In this document: positions 63,726 to 64,000 of the stretch, in pieces
Position numbering within the stretch: position 1 is the stretch's first letter
Layout of the letters: every line of letters starts with the position of its first letter
Source: the human T2T-CHM13v2.0 reference genome, Homo sapiens
NCBI RefSeq assembly: GCF_009914755.1
Contig: NC_060932.1
DNA: 64,000 bases
Direction: 5' to 3' (one strand)
Notes under the pieces: model-generated
What the model was told of the DNA's origin: nothing
Database searches by the model: none
The model's input: only the letters and a program-made list of their open reading frames with translations
Program-made: the position numbers and the translations under genes

Positions 63726-64000
63726 TCTAGTGATTAGACTTCAGCTACATTAGCCTGGGCAGAGATGAATCAGAAACTGGCTCACCTATGGTAGAAGTTA
63801 CATCCATTTAGTACGTTTTCTTTTACTCTTGGGGTGGAAGGTAGGGAAGAAGAACAAGTCTTTATAAATAGGAGTATATATCTTTATAAATAGGAGTAGC
63901 TTCCGCAGCTTTGGGAAATTGAGGATGCTTTCCTTCACCTGGGTAATTCCCCCCTGGTTAGAGACACTCTCGGTTAGTCCTCTGCATTAGCCTTTAGGAG

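Overview
Primate (human-like) genomic DNA. The only protein-coding content I can support is the 3' end of PRDM14 on the minus strand: three coding exons (56498-56700, 53158-53259, 49935-50162) with canonical GT-AG junctions that splice in frame and encode six zinc fingers ending ...HMKFHEDY*. The PR/SET exons are not in the window and should lie beyond position 64000. The remaining ~49 kb is gene-free 3' flank. It is extremely Alu-dense (roughly 95-100 copies or fragments counted by eye) and also carries MIR/L2/L1 relics, MER33/MER5/MER3/MER44/Tigger4-type DNA transposons, two LTR remnants, a 5' U6 fragment, a bipartite orphan CpG island (~30.8-33.2 kb) and several Alu-free blocks rich in homeodomain motifs. 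Nearly all listed ORFs are Alu or low-complexity artefacts. I see no evidence of a novel multi-gene system. The best leads are structural or regulatory: an Alu whose apparent target-site duplication includes the PRDM14 stop codon, an old AluJ-type element with preserved CpGs beside the island, a 47/48-nt inverted repeat and a duplicated GATA hairpin in the PRDM14 intron, two opposite-orientation Alus sharing one palindromic target, and candidate downstream enhancers or insulators. Repeat family names are from memory of consensus sequences, and repeat boundaries are approximate.
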